Below, piece by piece: positions 55,685 through 64,000 of a stretch of 64,000 nt of DNA. This stretch comes from an uncultured Gemmatimonadales bacterium (GTDB taxonomy: Bacteria > Gemmatimonadota > Gemmatimonadetes > Gemmatimonadales > GWC2-71-9). Where the stretch lies: positions 465,302-529,301 of the forward strand of contig CAVOGR010000005.1 of NCBI GenBank assembly GCA_963695555.1. The letters run 5' to 3'. The translations under genes and the position numbers were made by a program. Numbering within the stretch: position 1 is the first letter of the stretch; each line of letters starts with the position of its first letter. The notes beneath the pieces were generated by a model. That model saw only the letters and a program-made list of their open reading frames with translations. It searched no databases and was not told the origin of the DNA.

Positions 55685-56351
55685 ATGCGGTTTTTGACCT
55701 CCGTCTTCGTGGCGGCCATATTGGCCGCCACTCAAGCATCGGCAGAACCGGAGGCGATCGAGTTCTCCGACTTGGCGGATCCGTTCGCCGTTGCCTTTGA
55801 AGACCCCTACGCAGCCATGGGGGTCGACATGCTGAACGAACTGAAACTGTTGGTTCAGTCGGACGAGAAGCTCGCCGGCACTGATCTGGACGAGGAGACA
55901 CGCACGCGTCTGGAGGCCCGCCGCACCGCGGCGCAGGAAAAGCTCGAGGCGAATGGATCACAAGGTCGATGTGTTGCTGGAGCAGCGCTGGGATGTCGCC
56001 AAGAAGCGGCAGACCGCCCGTATGGCCACCAACCCCATTTTCGATGGGGTTGAGGTTTCGATCTCTGGCTACATCATTCCCGCACCACAGGCCGCGGATG
56101 GCAGCGGGTTCGGCTATCTGGTCCCGCAGGTCGGAATGTGCAGCCACCTTCCGCCGCCACCGCCAAATCAACTCGTGCGGGTCAGACTGCGCGCAGATCA
56201 GCAGGTCGAGTCCCTGTATCTACCGGTTCGGGTGTCGGGGCTGCTGCGCGTCGAGCCAAGCGATGAGACCATATTCATCCTCGACGGGGAGTCGCGCATG
56301 CTGAGCGGCTGGACACTCGAAGCGGACACCGTCGACCGACCGGAAAGTTGA
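55685..56351 (+). CDS. DUF3299 (ZrgD/PA4066-like) exported protein (frameshift near 55950)
   Basis: Signal peptide; IEFSDL; VSISGYIIP; YLVPQVGMCSHLPPPPPNQLV. Confidence 0.82.
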
Positions 56352-56517
56352 GGCAGGAACGGCCATTCCTGCTTCTTTGAACGAAACCGTCAGCAAAGAC
56401 GCCACGCGGCGACGAATCCGCGACGATTGACATACGGCTCAGGACGGAGCGGCAGCGACGGGCGGTCGCCGCTGATCCGGATCACCCGAAACAGATCCTC
56501 GTGGAAGGACCCACCGA

Positions 56518-58146
56518 ATGACGAAACGATTCAACCTTATGGCCAGCACACTCCTCGCTGGTTTCATGGCCGCGGCGCCGGCCTTGGCACAAGACTATGA
56601 CCTCGTGATCAACAACGGCAGGGTCATGGACCCTGAAACCCTGTTTGACGACATCGCCAATGTCGGCATCAAGGACGGTCGCATTGTCGCGATCAGCAAA
56701 GACGCTCTGGAGGGCACCGAGACGGTGGATGCCACCGGCCATATCGTGGCGCCGGGCTTCATCGACACGCACTTCCACTGGCAGGCGCCGCTCGGCTACG
56801 CCATCGGGTTGCGCGACGGGCTGACCAGCAGCATGGATCTCGAACTCGCCTGTCCAGGGACGTTCATCGCAAGCTGGTACGAGGCGCGCGCCGGTGTCAC
56901 CCAGGCGAATTATGGCTGCGCGTCCAGCCACGAGCAGGCACGCCAGATGGTGATGGACGGGAAAATGAGCGACGAAATCTACGAGAGAGGTCCCATGGCC
57001 GTTATGGAGGCCAGAAAGAAAAATGGCTGGAGCCTCGATCGCGCGACCCTCGAGCAGGGCAACGAGATCCTCGAGATCATCGACAAGGGCCTTCAGGACG
57101 GCGCGATCGGCGTCGGCAGCACCGTGGGATACATGCGTGATGGCGTGACGACGCGCGAGATGTTCGAGGTGCAGAAGGTCGCGGCGCGCTATGACCGTTT
57201 GACCACCGCACACACCCGCTTCACGCCTGACAACGACGTCATGGAAAATGTCGGCGCGCAGGAACTCCTCCTCAATGCGGTGGCACTGGGTGCGCCAGCC
57301 ATCGTTCTGCACTTCAACAACCCCGGCTGGCGGTTTACGCAAGAACTGATTTCCCGCCTTCAAGATGCGGGGCACAATGTTTGGGGTGAAATCTATCCCT
57401 ACGCTGCCGGCTCTACCTTTTTGAATGCGGTTTACCTGACTCCGGACCAGTGGGTCGAGAGAATGGGCCACCGCTATGAGGATACCCTGCAGGATCCGAT
57501 CACTGGCGATTTCTATGACCTGGCGAGATACAATGCCGACATGGAAACCGATCCGACCAAGCTGATCGTGCTCTACAAGATGCCGCAGGAAGACGTGCCG
57601 AAATGGCTGACGCTCAAGGGCGTGACCGTGGCCAGCGACTCGGTTGTTGCCGAGCCGATTTTCGGCCCGTGGGATTTCCCGTTGGACCAGCTGGGCGCCA
57701 CCCATCCCCGCACCTCCGGCACCCGTAGTCTCTCATTGCGGTTGGGTCGGGAAAACAACATCCCCATGATGCAGCTGATGTCGATCCTCAGCTACAACGC
57801 GGCCAAGCACCTGGGCGATACGGGCCTGAAGGCGATGCAGGAGCGTGGCCGTATGCAGACCGGGATGGTTGCAGATATCGTGGTTTTCGACCCCGAACTC
57901 GTCACCGACAATTCGACCTATGACAATGGCGCTATCCCGTCGACGGGCTACAAGGCCGTGATCGTCAATGGTCAGGTCACGGTGCGTGACGACGAGCTGC
58001 TTGGTGTTTTTGCCGGCCAGCCGATCCGGTTTGAACCCGAAGACAAGCCGCGCTTCGAGCCGATCTCGGAAGCGGCGTGGAATGCCGAATTCTCGACCGG
58101 GATGCCCGATATTACGCCTGCCTTTCCGGTGAATGGCGGCAACTGA
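56518..58146 (+). CDS. Exported D-aminoacylase-like metallo-amidohydrolase 3 (intact paralog of enzyme 2)
   Basis: Signal ending ALA-QD; PGFIDTHFH, HTRF, ASD, HPR. Confidence 0.92.
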   Translation: MTKRFNLMASTLLAGFMAAAPALAQDYDLVINNGRVMDPETLFDDIANVGIKDGRIVAISKDALEGTETVDATGHIVAPGFIDTHFHWQAPLGYAIGLRDGLTSSMDLELACPGTFIASWYEARAGVTQANYGCASSHEQARQMVMDGKMSDEIYERGPMAVMEARKKNGWSLDRATLEQGNEILEIIDKGLQDGAIGVGSTVGYMRDGVTTREMFEVQKVAARYDRLTTAHTRFTPDNDVMENVGAQELLLNAVALGAPAIVLHFNNPGWRFTQELISRLQDAGHNVWGEIYPYAAGSTFLNAVYLTPDQWVERMGHRYEDTLQDPITGDFYDLARYNADMETDPTKLIVLYKMPQEDVPKWLTLKGVTVASDSVVAEPIFGPWDFPLDQLGATHPRTSGTRSLSLRLGRENNIPMMQLMSILSYNAAKHLGDTGLKAMQERGRMQTGMVADIVVFDPELVTDNSTYDNGAIPSTGYKAVIVNGQVTVRDDELLGVFAGQPIRFEPEDKPRFEPISEAAWNAEFSTGMPDITPAFPVNGGN

Positions 58147-58177
58147 TCGTGACACACCCAGGCAAGGAGGCGGGATC

Positions 58178-58213
58178 ATGCGGTTTTTGATCTCCGTCTT
58201 CTTGGCGGCCATC
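58178..58213 (+). pseudogene. 12-codon stub of a duplicated DUF3299 gene
   Basis: MRFLISVFLAAI versus MRFLTSVFVAAI at 55685, with the same upstream GCAAGGAGGC RBS context. Confidence 0.75.
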
Positions 58214-58309
58214 CGCGCAGGTCTGGCTCGCGCGACGCCGCCCGTTCGGCTTTTTCACCATCGAGCGGGACACTCCCGAAACTCATTTCACAAGAAGGAG
58301 AAACCGAAC

Positions 58310-59310
58310 ATGAAGTATCGTCCTATTATTATTGCCCTCGCGATTTCCGCGGCGACTACCTTCGGCCCGGCATACGGCCAGACAACGGAAGGACAGTCCG
58401 TTGGAGCCGCGATCGAGCGGGTCGCGACCGGGCTTGCCGGACGCATAGGCTTTGCGGCGCAGGAAATCGGCGGCGACGACGTCATCGCGTTCAATGGCGA
58501 TGAGACCTTCGTCATGGCCAGCGCCTACAAGGTTGCGATCGCCACGGCCGTGCTGGATCGCGTGGACAGGGGCGAACTCAGGCTCGACCAACTGGTCGAA
58601 GTCACGCCCGACATGATGGTCGTGGGCGAAACTGCGCTTGCCGAGACATTCGTGCACCCCGGGCTCCAGCTCTCGGTGGCGAACCTGATCGAGGTGATGA
58701 TCACGGAGAGCGATAACACGGCGACCGACGTCTCTATGGGACTGGCAGGCGGACCAGCGGCGGTGACCGAGAATCTGCGCAGGTTAGGGATCAACGATTT
58801 CAGGGTCGATCGGCTGACCGGCGAGATTCTCAGGGATGTCTACGACCTGCCGGGACTGGCCACACCAGAAGTCGTCGCGGAGGCCTACAGGAACAACCCG
58901 GCACTCGTGACGTCAGGCAGTATCCGCAATCCGGACTTCGAGGCGGATCCCGCGCGACCACGCAACGCCCCTTGCGATGTTGCAACTTCTGCTTGCCATC
59001 GACAGTGGCACGGCGATGAGCCCCGAGAGCCGCGACGTTCCTGCTGGGAGTCATGTCGCGCACGCGCACTGGCGATGGCCGTATCAAGGGGCTGCTGCCG
59101 AGGGGAACGCCCGTCGCGCACAAGACCGGAACCACCGGCGGAGTGGCCAACGACGTCGGTTATGTCACGCTGCCCGACGGTCGACGGTTTGCCATCGTCG
59201 TGTTCACGAACAGCAGCGAGACAACCGTGTCGGACAGGGATCGCGCGATTGCCGAGATCGCCCGCTCGCTGTTCGACTACTTCTACATTGGGCAGATGGC
59301 GAAGCAGTAA
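58310..59310 (+). CDS. Class A beta-lactamase-fold serine hydrolase with atypical omega loop (frameshifts near 58950 and 59040)
   Basis: Signal peptide; MASAYK (SxxK), ESDNTATD (SDN), AHKTGT (KTG), NDVG. Confidence 0.88.
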
Positions 59311-59480
59311 ACGGGCAAACGTCTTGGGGGTGCACGCTCTGCCGGTGCGCCTCAACCAACGCAATCACGGACTGGTCGATGACACACAAGACAGACGAGT
59401 CCGGCGCGAGAAGCGATCCTGCACGGCGACGATTGAACTCTTCAAGAAATACCCTTTCCACCGCCAATAGGAGCAACCGA

Positions 59481-60834
59481 ATGCGGAAGATAAGCCCAAA
59501 GAACCTGACCGCGGCGCTTGCCGTCGCCGTGAGTGTCGCCCTGCCGGCGGCCGCTCAAGACGCCTCCGGGCCGATCCTGTTCACGAACGTCAACGTCTTT
59601 GACGGCGTGAACGAAGCCCTGATCGAAAACGCCAATGTCGTGGTGACGGACAACCTGATCACCGCAGTTTCGACCGAACCGCTTGCTGTCGCGGGTGGCA
59701 CGGTGATCGACGGCGGCGGACGGACGATGATGCCGGGCATGATCGACGTGCACTGGCACACCTACTTCGCGAATTTGACGGTGGGACAGCTTCTGAACAC
59801 CTCTGACATGTCCGACATTGCGATTGCCGGATTGCTGGGCAACGAACAGGTGCTGATGCGCGGGTTCACGACCGTCCGCGACATTGGTGGAAACCCGTTC
59901 GCGGTAAAGAAAGCCATCGATGCCGGGAAATTTCCCGGTCCCCGCATGTTGGTGGCCGGACCGCCGCTGGGTCAAACCGGGGGCCACTTTGATCTGTATC
60001 CCTATAATGACGTGCCGCGCCAGCCATCGGACTCGCTGCCTTACCTGGAGCGCAACGGGGTGGTCGCGATTGCGGACGGTGTTCCGGATGTGACGCGCAA
60101 GGCGCGCGAAATCCTGCGTATGGGCGCCCACCACATCAAGATCGCGGGCGGCGGCGGCGTGACCTCGATTTATGATCCGTTGGACGTCACCCAGTACTCT
60201 CTTGAAGAGATGCAGGCGATCGTCGGTGTGGCGGAGAACTGGAACACCTATGTCGCCGCGCACATCTTTACGGACAAGGCCATCCAGAGGGCGATCAAGG
60301 CCGGGGTCAAGACGATCGAACACGGCAATCTCATCATGGAGGAAGAGACCCTCCAGATGATGAAGGACAACGGCGTCTGGCTGAGCGCGCAGCCGCTCAT
60401 CGACGACGAGGACAGGCTGGTGTTCGACAATCCCACGAGCACCGCGAAGTGGATCGAAGCCACCGACGGAACCGGCAGGAATTACGAGGCGGCCAAGGCG
60501 ATGGGCGTCAAGATCGCGTTCGGCACGGACATGTTGTTCGATCCTGCGGCCGCAGCGAAGGCAGGGCAAGATGGTGACCAAGCTGAAGAACTGGTTCACC
60601 CCCTACGAGGCGCTCAAGATGGTGACCTCGGACAACGCCGAGCTGCTGATGCTGAGCGGTCCGCGCCACCCCTATCAGGAAGGCCCGCTCGGCGTGATCG
60701 CGGAAGGCGCCTATGCCGACCTGATCCTGGTCGACGGCAATCCGCTGGAAAATCTCGACCTCGTCGGCGACGCCGAGGCCAACTTCGACCTGATCATGAA
60801 GGACGGCGTCATCTACAAGAACACGCTTCAGTGA
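59481..60834 (+). CDS. Exported Xaa-Pro dipeptidase / carboxypeptidase-like binuclear amidohydrolase (frameshift near 60560)
   Basis: Signal ending PAAA-QD; PGMIDVHWH, GFTTVRDIGG, TGGHFD, HIKIAGGGG, AAH, IEHG, FGTD, GAYADLILVDGNP. Confidence 0.9.
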
Positions 60835-60890
60835 AATCGGCCGCTCGTCGCGAAAGCGCGGCGGGCCGTTCATGGCCGGGAGGCCGATAT

Positions 60891-61577
60891 TTGCAGCCAT
60901 TGCGGATTGAACGGCTTGTCTACCGGTGGCCGGGCGCGGAGCGCAGCACGCTGGGGATTGGCGCGCTGTCTCTGGCGTCCGGCGAGAGCGTGTTCCTGTA
61001 TGGACCGAGCGGCTGCGGGAAATCGACCTTGCTGTCCGCGATCGCAGGAGTGGTCGATGTGCCGAAGGAGGTCATCCGCGTAGCGGATCAGGATATTGGC
61101 GGCCTTCGCGGTGGTGCGCGGGACCGGTTCCGGGTGGATCACGTCGGCATGATCTTCCAGGTATTCAACCTCATTCCGTGGCTGAGCGCGCTCGAGAACG
61201 TCCTTCTGCCCTGCACATTCTCGCAGCGTCGCCGCGCGCGTGCGGGCGAGGATCCTGCGGGGACGGCCCGGCGTCTTCTCGACGAACTGGGTCTGTCCGA
61301 TCCGTCTCTTGCATCGAAGCAGGCCCACGAGCTCAGTGTCGGGCAACAACAACGGGTTGCCGCCGCGCGCGCGTTGATCGGCACGCCCGATCTGATCCTC
61401 GCGGATGAGCCGACCTCGGCCCTGGATGAGGCGGCCAAGACGGCGTTTGTCGATCTGCTGGCGCGGGAATGCGCCGAAGCGGGCACCGCGCTGCTCTTCG
61501 TCAGCCATGACCGCGGCCTGGAGCGTCATTTCGACCGCAGTGTCGACTTCCTCGAACTGAACCGGAGCGCCGCCTGA
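60891..61577 (+). CDS. ABC ATPase (ZrgB/PA4064-like)
   Basis: TTG start after GGGAGG; GPSGCGKS, LSVGQQQRVAAARALIG, LADEPTSALD, FVSHD. Confidence 0.88.
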   Translation: MQPLRIERLVYRWPGAERSTLGIGALSLASGESVFLYGPSGCGKSTLLSAIAGVVDVPKEVIRVADQDIGGLRGGARDRFRVDHVGMIFQVFNLIPWLSALENVLLPCTFSQRRRARAGEDPAGTARRLLDELGLSDPSLASKQAHELSVGQQQRVAAARALIGTPDLILADEPTSALDEAAKTAFVDLLARECAEAGTALLFVSHDRGLERHFDRSVDFLELNRSAA

Positions 61578-62953
61578 TGCCGGGGTTCAGCCTGCGCAGC
61601 CTGTGGAACCGCCGGTTCGTCGCCGGCCTGACCGTGCTGGCCATCAGCCTCAGCGTCGCGCTGATCCTCGGTGTCGAGCGGCTCCGGGACGGCGCGCGCG
61701 ACAGCTTTGCCAACTCCGCGTCTGGGATCGACCTGATCGTGGCGCCGCGCGGCAATTCCGTTCAGATCCTGATGGCAACCGTTTTCGGCGTCGGCGGCAC
61801 CGGAACAGGCATGACATGGGACAGCTTCGAGTGGCTGGAAGATCGGCCCGAGGTGGCCTGGGCAGTCCCGATCCAGATGGGCGACAATCATCGCGGCTAT
61901 CCGGTGATCGGGACGGATGCTTCGTATTTCGAGCATTTCCGGCACTCCGGCGGTCAGCCGCTCTCTCTGGCGGCTGGCACGTTCTATACCGGCGATGGGG
62001 CGGACGCCGCCGTGATCGGGGCCGAAGTCGCGGCGCGGTTCGGCTATGCTCCCGGTGCGGTGATCGTCAACGCCCATGGCTCCGGCGAGGTCTCGTTCGA
62101 CCTCCACGACGACGCGCCGTTCACCATCTCGGGCGTGCTCGCGCCGACCGGCACCGCCGTCGACCGGATGGTCTTCGTCACGCTCGAGGGCTTCGACTCC
62201 CTGCATGCGCAGGAAGACGCGCCGCTGGCCGACCCCCTGGACTCGACCGCCACGCCCGCCGACGGTCATGGTGAGGATGACGCGCACGACGACCATGACG
62301 CGCACGACGACCGTGAAGCGCATGGCGACCATGAAGCGCGCGACGACCACGAAGATCATGGCGACCACGAAGGCACGGAGGTCGGACACGGTCACGAACC
62401 GGACCGGATCAATGCCGTCTATGTTGGGCTGATCGATCGGACGAATGTCCTCGGCCTGCAGCGGGCGGTCAACGAACGTCCCTCCGACGCGTTGAGCGCC
62501 GTCCTCCCGGCGGTCGCGCTCGCCGAGCTCTGGGGGATCACCGGGACGGCTGAACGCGCGATGCGGCTGATGGCGTGGGCCGTGGCTTTGGCAGGAATGA
62601 TCGGCATGGTGGTCATGCTCTCTGCGACCCTCGACACCCGCCGCCGCGAATTCGCGATCCTGCGGTCCGTTGGCGCCACGCCCACCCGTATCTTTGCGCT
62701 GATCGTCACCGAAGCCGCCGTCCTCACCGCGGCGGGACTGGTGCTCGGCCTTGTTCTGCTCACGGTGGCCACGTTCGTGACCGACCCGATCCTGTCCGCC
62801 CGTTTCGGTCTGCGATTGGGATTGAATGTCTTCGGCGCGCGCGAACTGGCCACCCTTTTCGTCATCTTCTGCGCAGGGCTTCTTGCCTCGCTTGTCCCGG
62901 CAGTCCGGGTCTATCGCATGACGCTGGCCGACGGGCTGTCGGTTCGGCTATGA
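61577..62953 (+). CDS. MacB/FtsX-type ABC permease (ZrgC/PA4065-like) with His/Asp-rich loop
   Basis: SLWNRR, SGIDLIVAPRG, AVPIQMGDNHRGYPVIGT, GVLAPTGTAVDR, RRREFAILRSVGA, TLADGL. Confidence 0.9.
   Translation: MPGFSLRSLWNRRFVAGLTVLAISLSVALILGVERLRDGARDSFANSASGIDLIVAPRGNSVQILMATVFGVGGTGTGMTWDSFEWLEDRPEVAWAVPIQMGDNHRGYPVIGTDASYFEHFRHSGGQPLSLAAGTFYTGDGADAAVIGAEVAARFGYAPGAVIVNAHGSGEVSFDLHDDAPFTISGVLAPTGTAVDRMVFVTLEGFDSLHAQEDAPLADPLDSTATPADGHGEDDAHDDHDAHDDREAHGDHEARDDHEDHGDHEGTEVGHGHEPDRINAVYVGLIDRTNVLGLQRAVNERPSDALSAVLPAVALAELWGITGTAERAMRLMAWAVALAGMIGMVVMLSATLDTRRREFAILRSVGATPTRIFALIVTEAAVLTAAGLVLGLVLLTVATFVTDPILSARFGLRLGLNVFGARELATLFVIFCAGLLASLVPAVRVYRMTLADGLSVRL
62261..62398 (+). repeat. Degenerate 18-bp coding repeats giving a His-rich tract
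   Basis: DGHGEDDAHDDHDAHDDREAHGDHEARDDHEDHGDHEGTEVGHGHE (11 His in 46 aa). Confidence 0.85.
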
Positions 62954-62973
62954 CAATTCAAGGGGACTTCTCC

Positions 62974-63630
62974 ATGACCTTGTTCGCTCGTCTCGTCTTG
63001 ATACTCTCGCTTGCCGTTTCTCCGGAGCTGGCACAGGCGGCTGACCCTCGGGACATTTCCTGGGATACGCTCGCGCCTCCGGCCGCCGTGATCGAGAACC
63101 CCTTTGAGGACCTCACCGACGACCAGATGGACACCCTCCGCCAGATCCTGCGGTTCGAGACACGGGCCGAGCGGAGCGACGACGCCGAAGCTGGCGCCGA
63201 GGCGCAAGCGTTACGCGGCCAACTGGCCAAGGACGGCCTCGATGTCGACGGATTGTTCGCCGCGCGTCTGACGATCATGGAGAAACGCGAGGCGGCGGCC
63301 ACCGGGGTGAACGAGGACCTCGTCGGCACGAGTGTCCGCCTGCCTGGATATGTGCTGCCGCTGCAATTCAAGGACCGCAAGGCCGTCGAGTTCCTTCTCG
63401 TGCCGACCGTCGGCGCCTGCGTCCACACCCCGCCGCCCCCCGCCAATCAGGTCGTCCATGTGGTCTATCCCGAGGGAATCGAGGTCAACGGACTCTTCAC
63501 CCCCGTGTGGATCACCGGGACCATGCTCGCGCAGAGTTCGGTTCAGGACGTAGGGTACGTCGACGGACAGGCCCCGGTCTCCGTCAGCTATTCGATGCAG
63601 CCGGTTCTGGTCGAGAAGTATGGCGGGTGA
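62974..63630 (+). CDS. DUF3299 (ZrgD/PA4066-like) exported protein (alternative start 62950)
   Basis: Signal ending AQA; ISWDTL; VRLPGYVLPL; FLLVPTVGACVHTPPPPANQVV; PVWITG. Confidence 0.9.
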   Translation: MTLFARLVLILSLAVSPELAQAADPRDISWDTLAPPAAVIENPFEDLTDDQMDTLRQILRFETRAERSDDAEAGAEAQALRGQLAKDGLDVDGLFAARLTIMEKREAAATGVNEDLVGTSVRLPGYVLPLQFKDRKAVEFLLVPTVGACVHTPPPPANQVVHVVYPEGIEVNGLFTPVWITGTMLAQSSVQDVGYVDGQAPVSVSYSMQPVLVEKYGG

Positions 63631-63819
63631 ACGCGAGCGCTCGGACCCAGATCCTCATTCAAGCATGGCGGGCTATACGTGGTGGCGAAAGCGTTACGTG
63701 CACGAGACCTCGGATCGAGATGGGTCGGATGCTGCCCTCCCAAGGAAGCATCGTGCGGTGCCGGGCCAGTGCGTCCGAAACACCCACTGCCTGAGAGGGT
63801 GTCTTACAACAGCATATAA

Positions 63820-63874
63820 AATCAATTTCTTAAGAGTCGGAGAACGTTAGACCTCAGGCCCGTTCCCTCCGCCA
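63820..63874 (+). mobile_element. Candidate att remnant: IHF consensus plus tRNA-Ser-like 3' end
   Basis: AATCAATTTCTTA (WATCAANNNNTTR) at 63820-63832; CCCTCCGCCA at 63865-63874 without the rest of a tRNA. Confidence 0.5.
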
Positions 63875-64000
63875 CTCGCCCTCTCGAAAGCGTTCTCCCG
63901 AATCCCGGCTGCGGCCGGATTTTTCCGTTGTTTTCGAGGGTTATGCGGGAGGGGCTGAGCACCTCCCTCGGTGCCAGAAGGCTGGGAAGCGGTCTCTCAG

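Noticed and set aside
58977..61577. 866-aa ORF that looks like a beta-lactamase-amidohydrolase-ABC ATPase fusion
   Set aside because: Produced by frameshifts; each part has its own RBS or start, and the amidohydrolase C-terminus continues in another frame to 60834

Overview
High-GC alphaproteobacterial (Rhodobacteraceae-like) chromosomal window. The backbone is housekeeping and metabolic: GT2-TPR-GT2 glycosyltransferase, P450, aqpZ, mazG, SqrR/BigR-like ArsR, class II RNR nrdJ, fabA-fabB-fabI-HAD-hydrolase-threonine dehydratase, dimethylglycine dehydrogenase-like GcvT protein, dcp, lutABC, msrA, hss, rpsD, soxBDAG, matB and a YbhGFSR-like efflux ABC with TetR. Two visibly lower-GC accessory blocks interrupt it. 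(1) About 10.55-16.5 kb: LysR, a Tat-exported flavocytochrome-c-family flavoprotein with a non-fumarate active site, a beta-sandwich protein and a membrane protein, with IS66/IS5 debris alongside. (2) About 51-63.9 kb: AraC divergent from a 12-kb run of four signal-peptide-bearing metallo-amidohydrolases, a class A beta-lactamase-fold protein lacking Glu166/Asn170, two DUF3299 genes and a ZrgBC/PA4064-65-like MacB-type ABC with a His-rich loop, ending at an IHF box and a tRNA-Ser-like att remnant. Block 2 is the best candidate for an undescribed system (periplasmic amide hydrolysis with dedicated metal handling). Also found by eye: two small dispersed intergenic repeat families (IHF-like site plus CtrA-like box or covarying palindrome) and a structured rpsD leader. 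Many genes, including essential rpsD, carry small-indel frameshifts that are most likely long-read consensus errors. All family calls come from motif recognition; no database searches were run.
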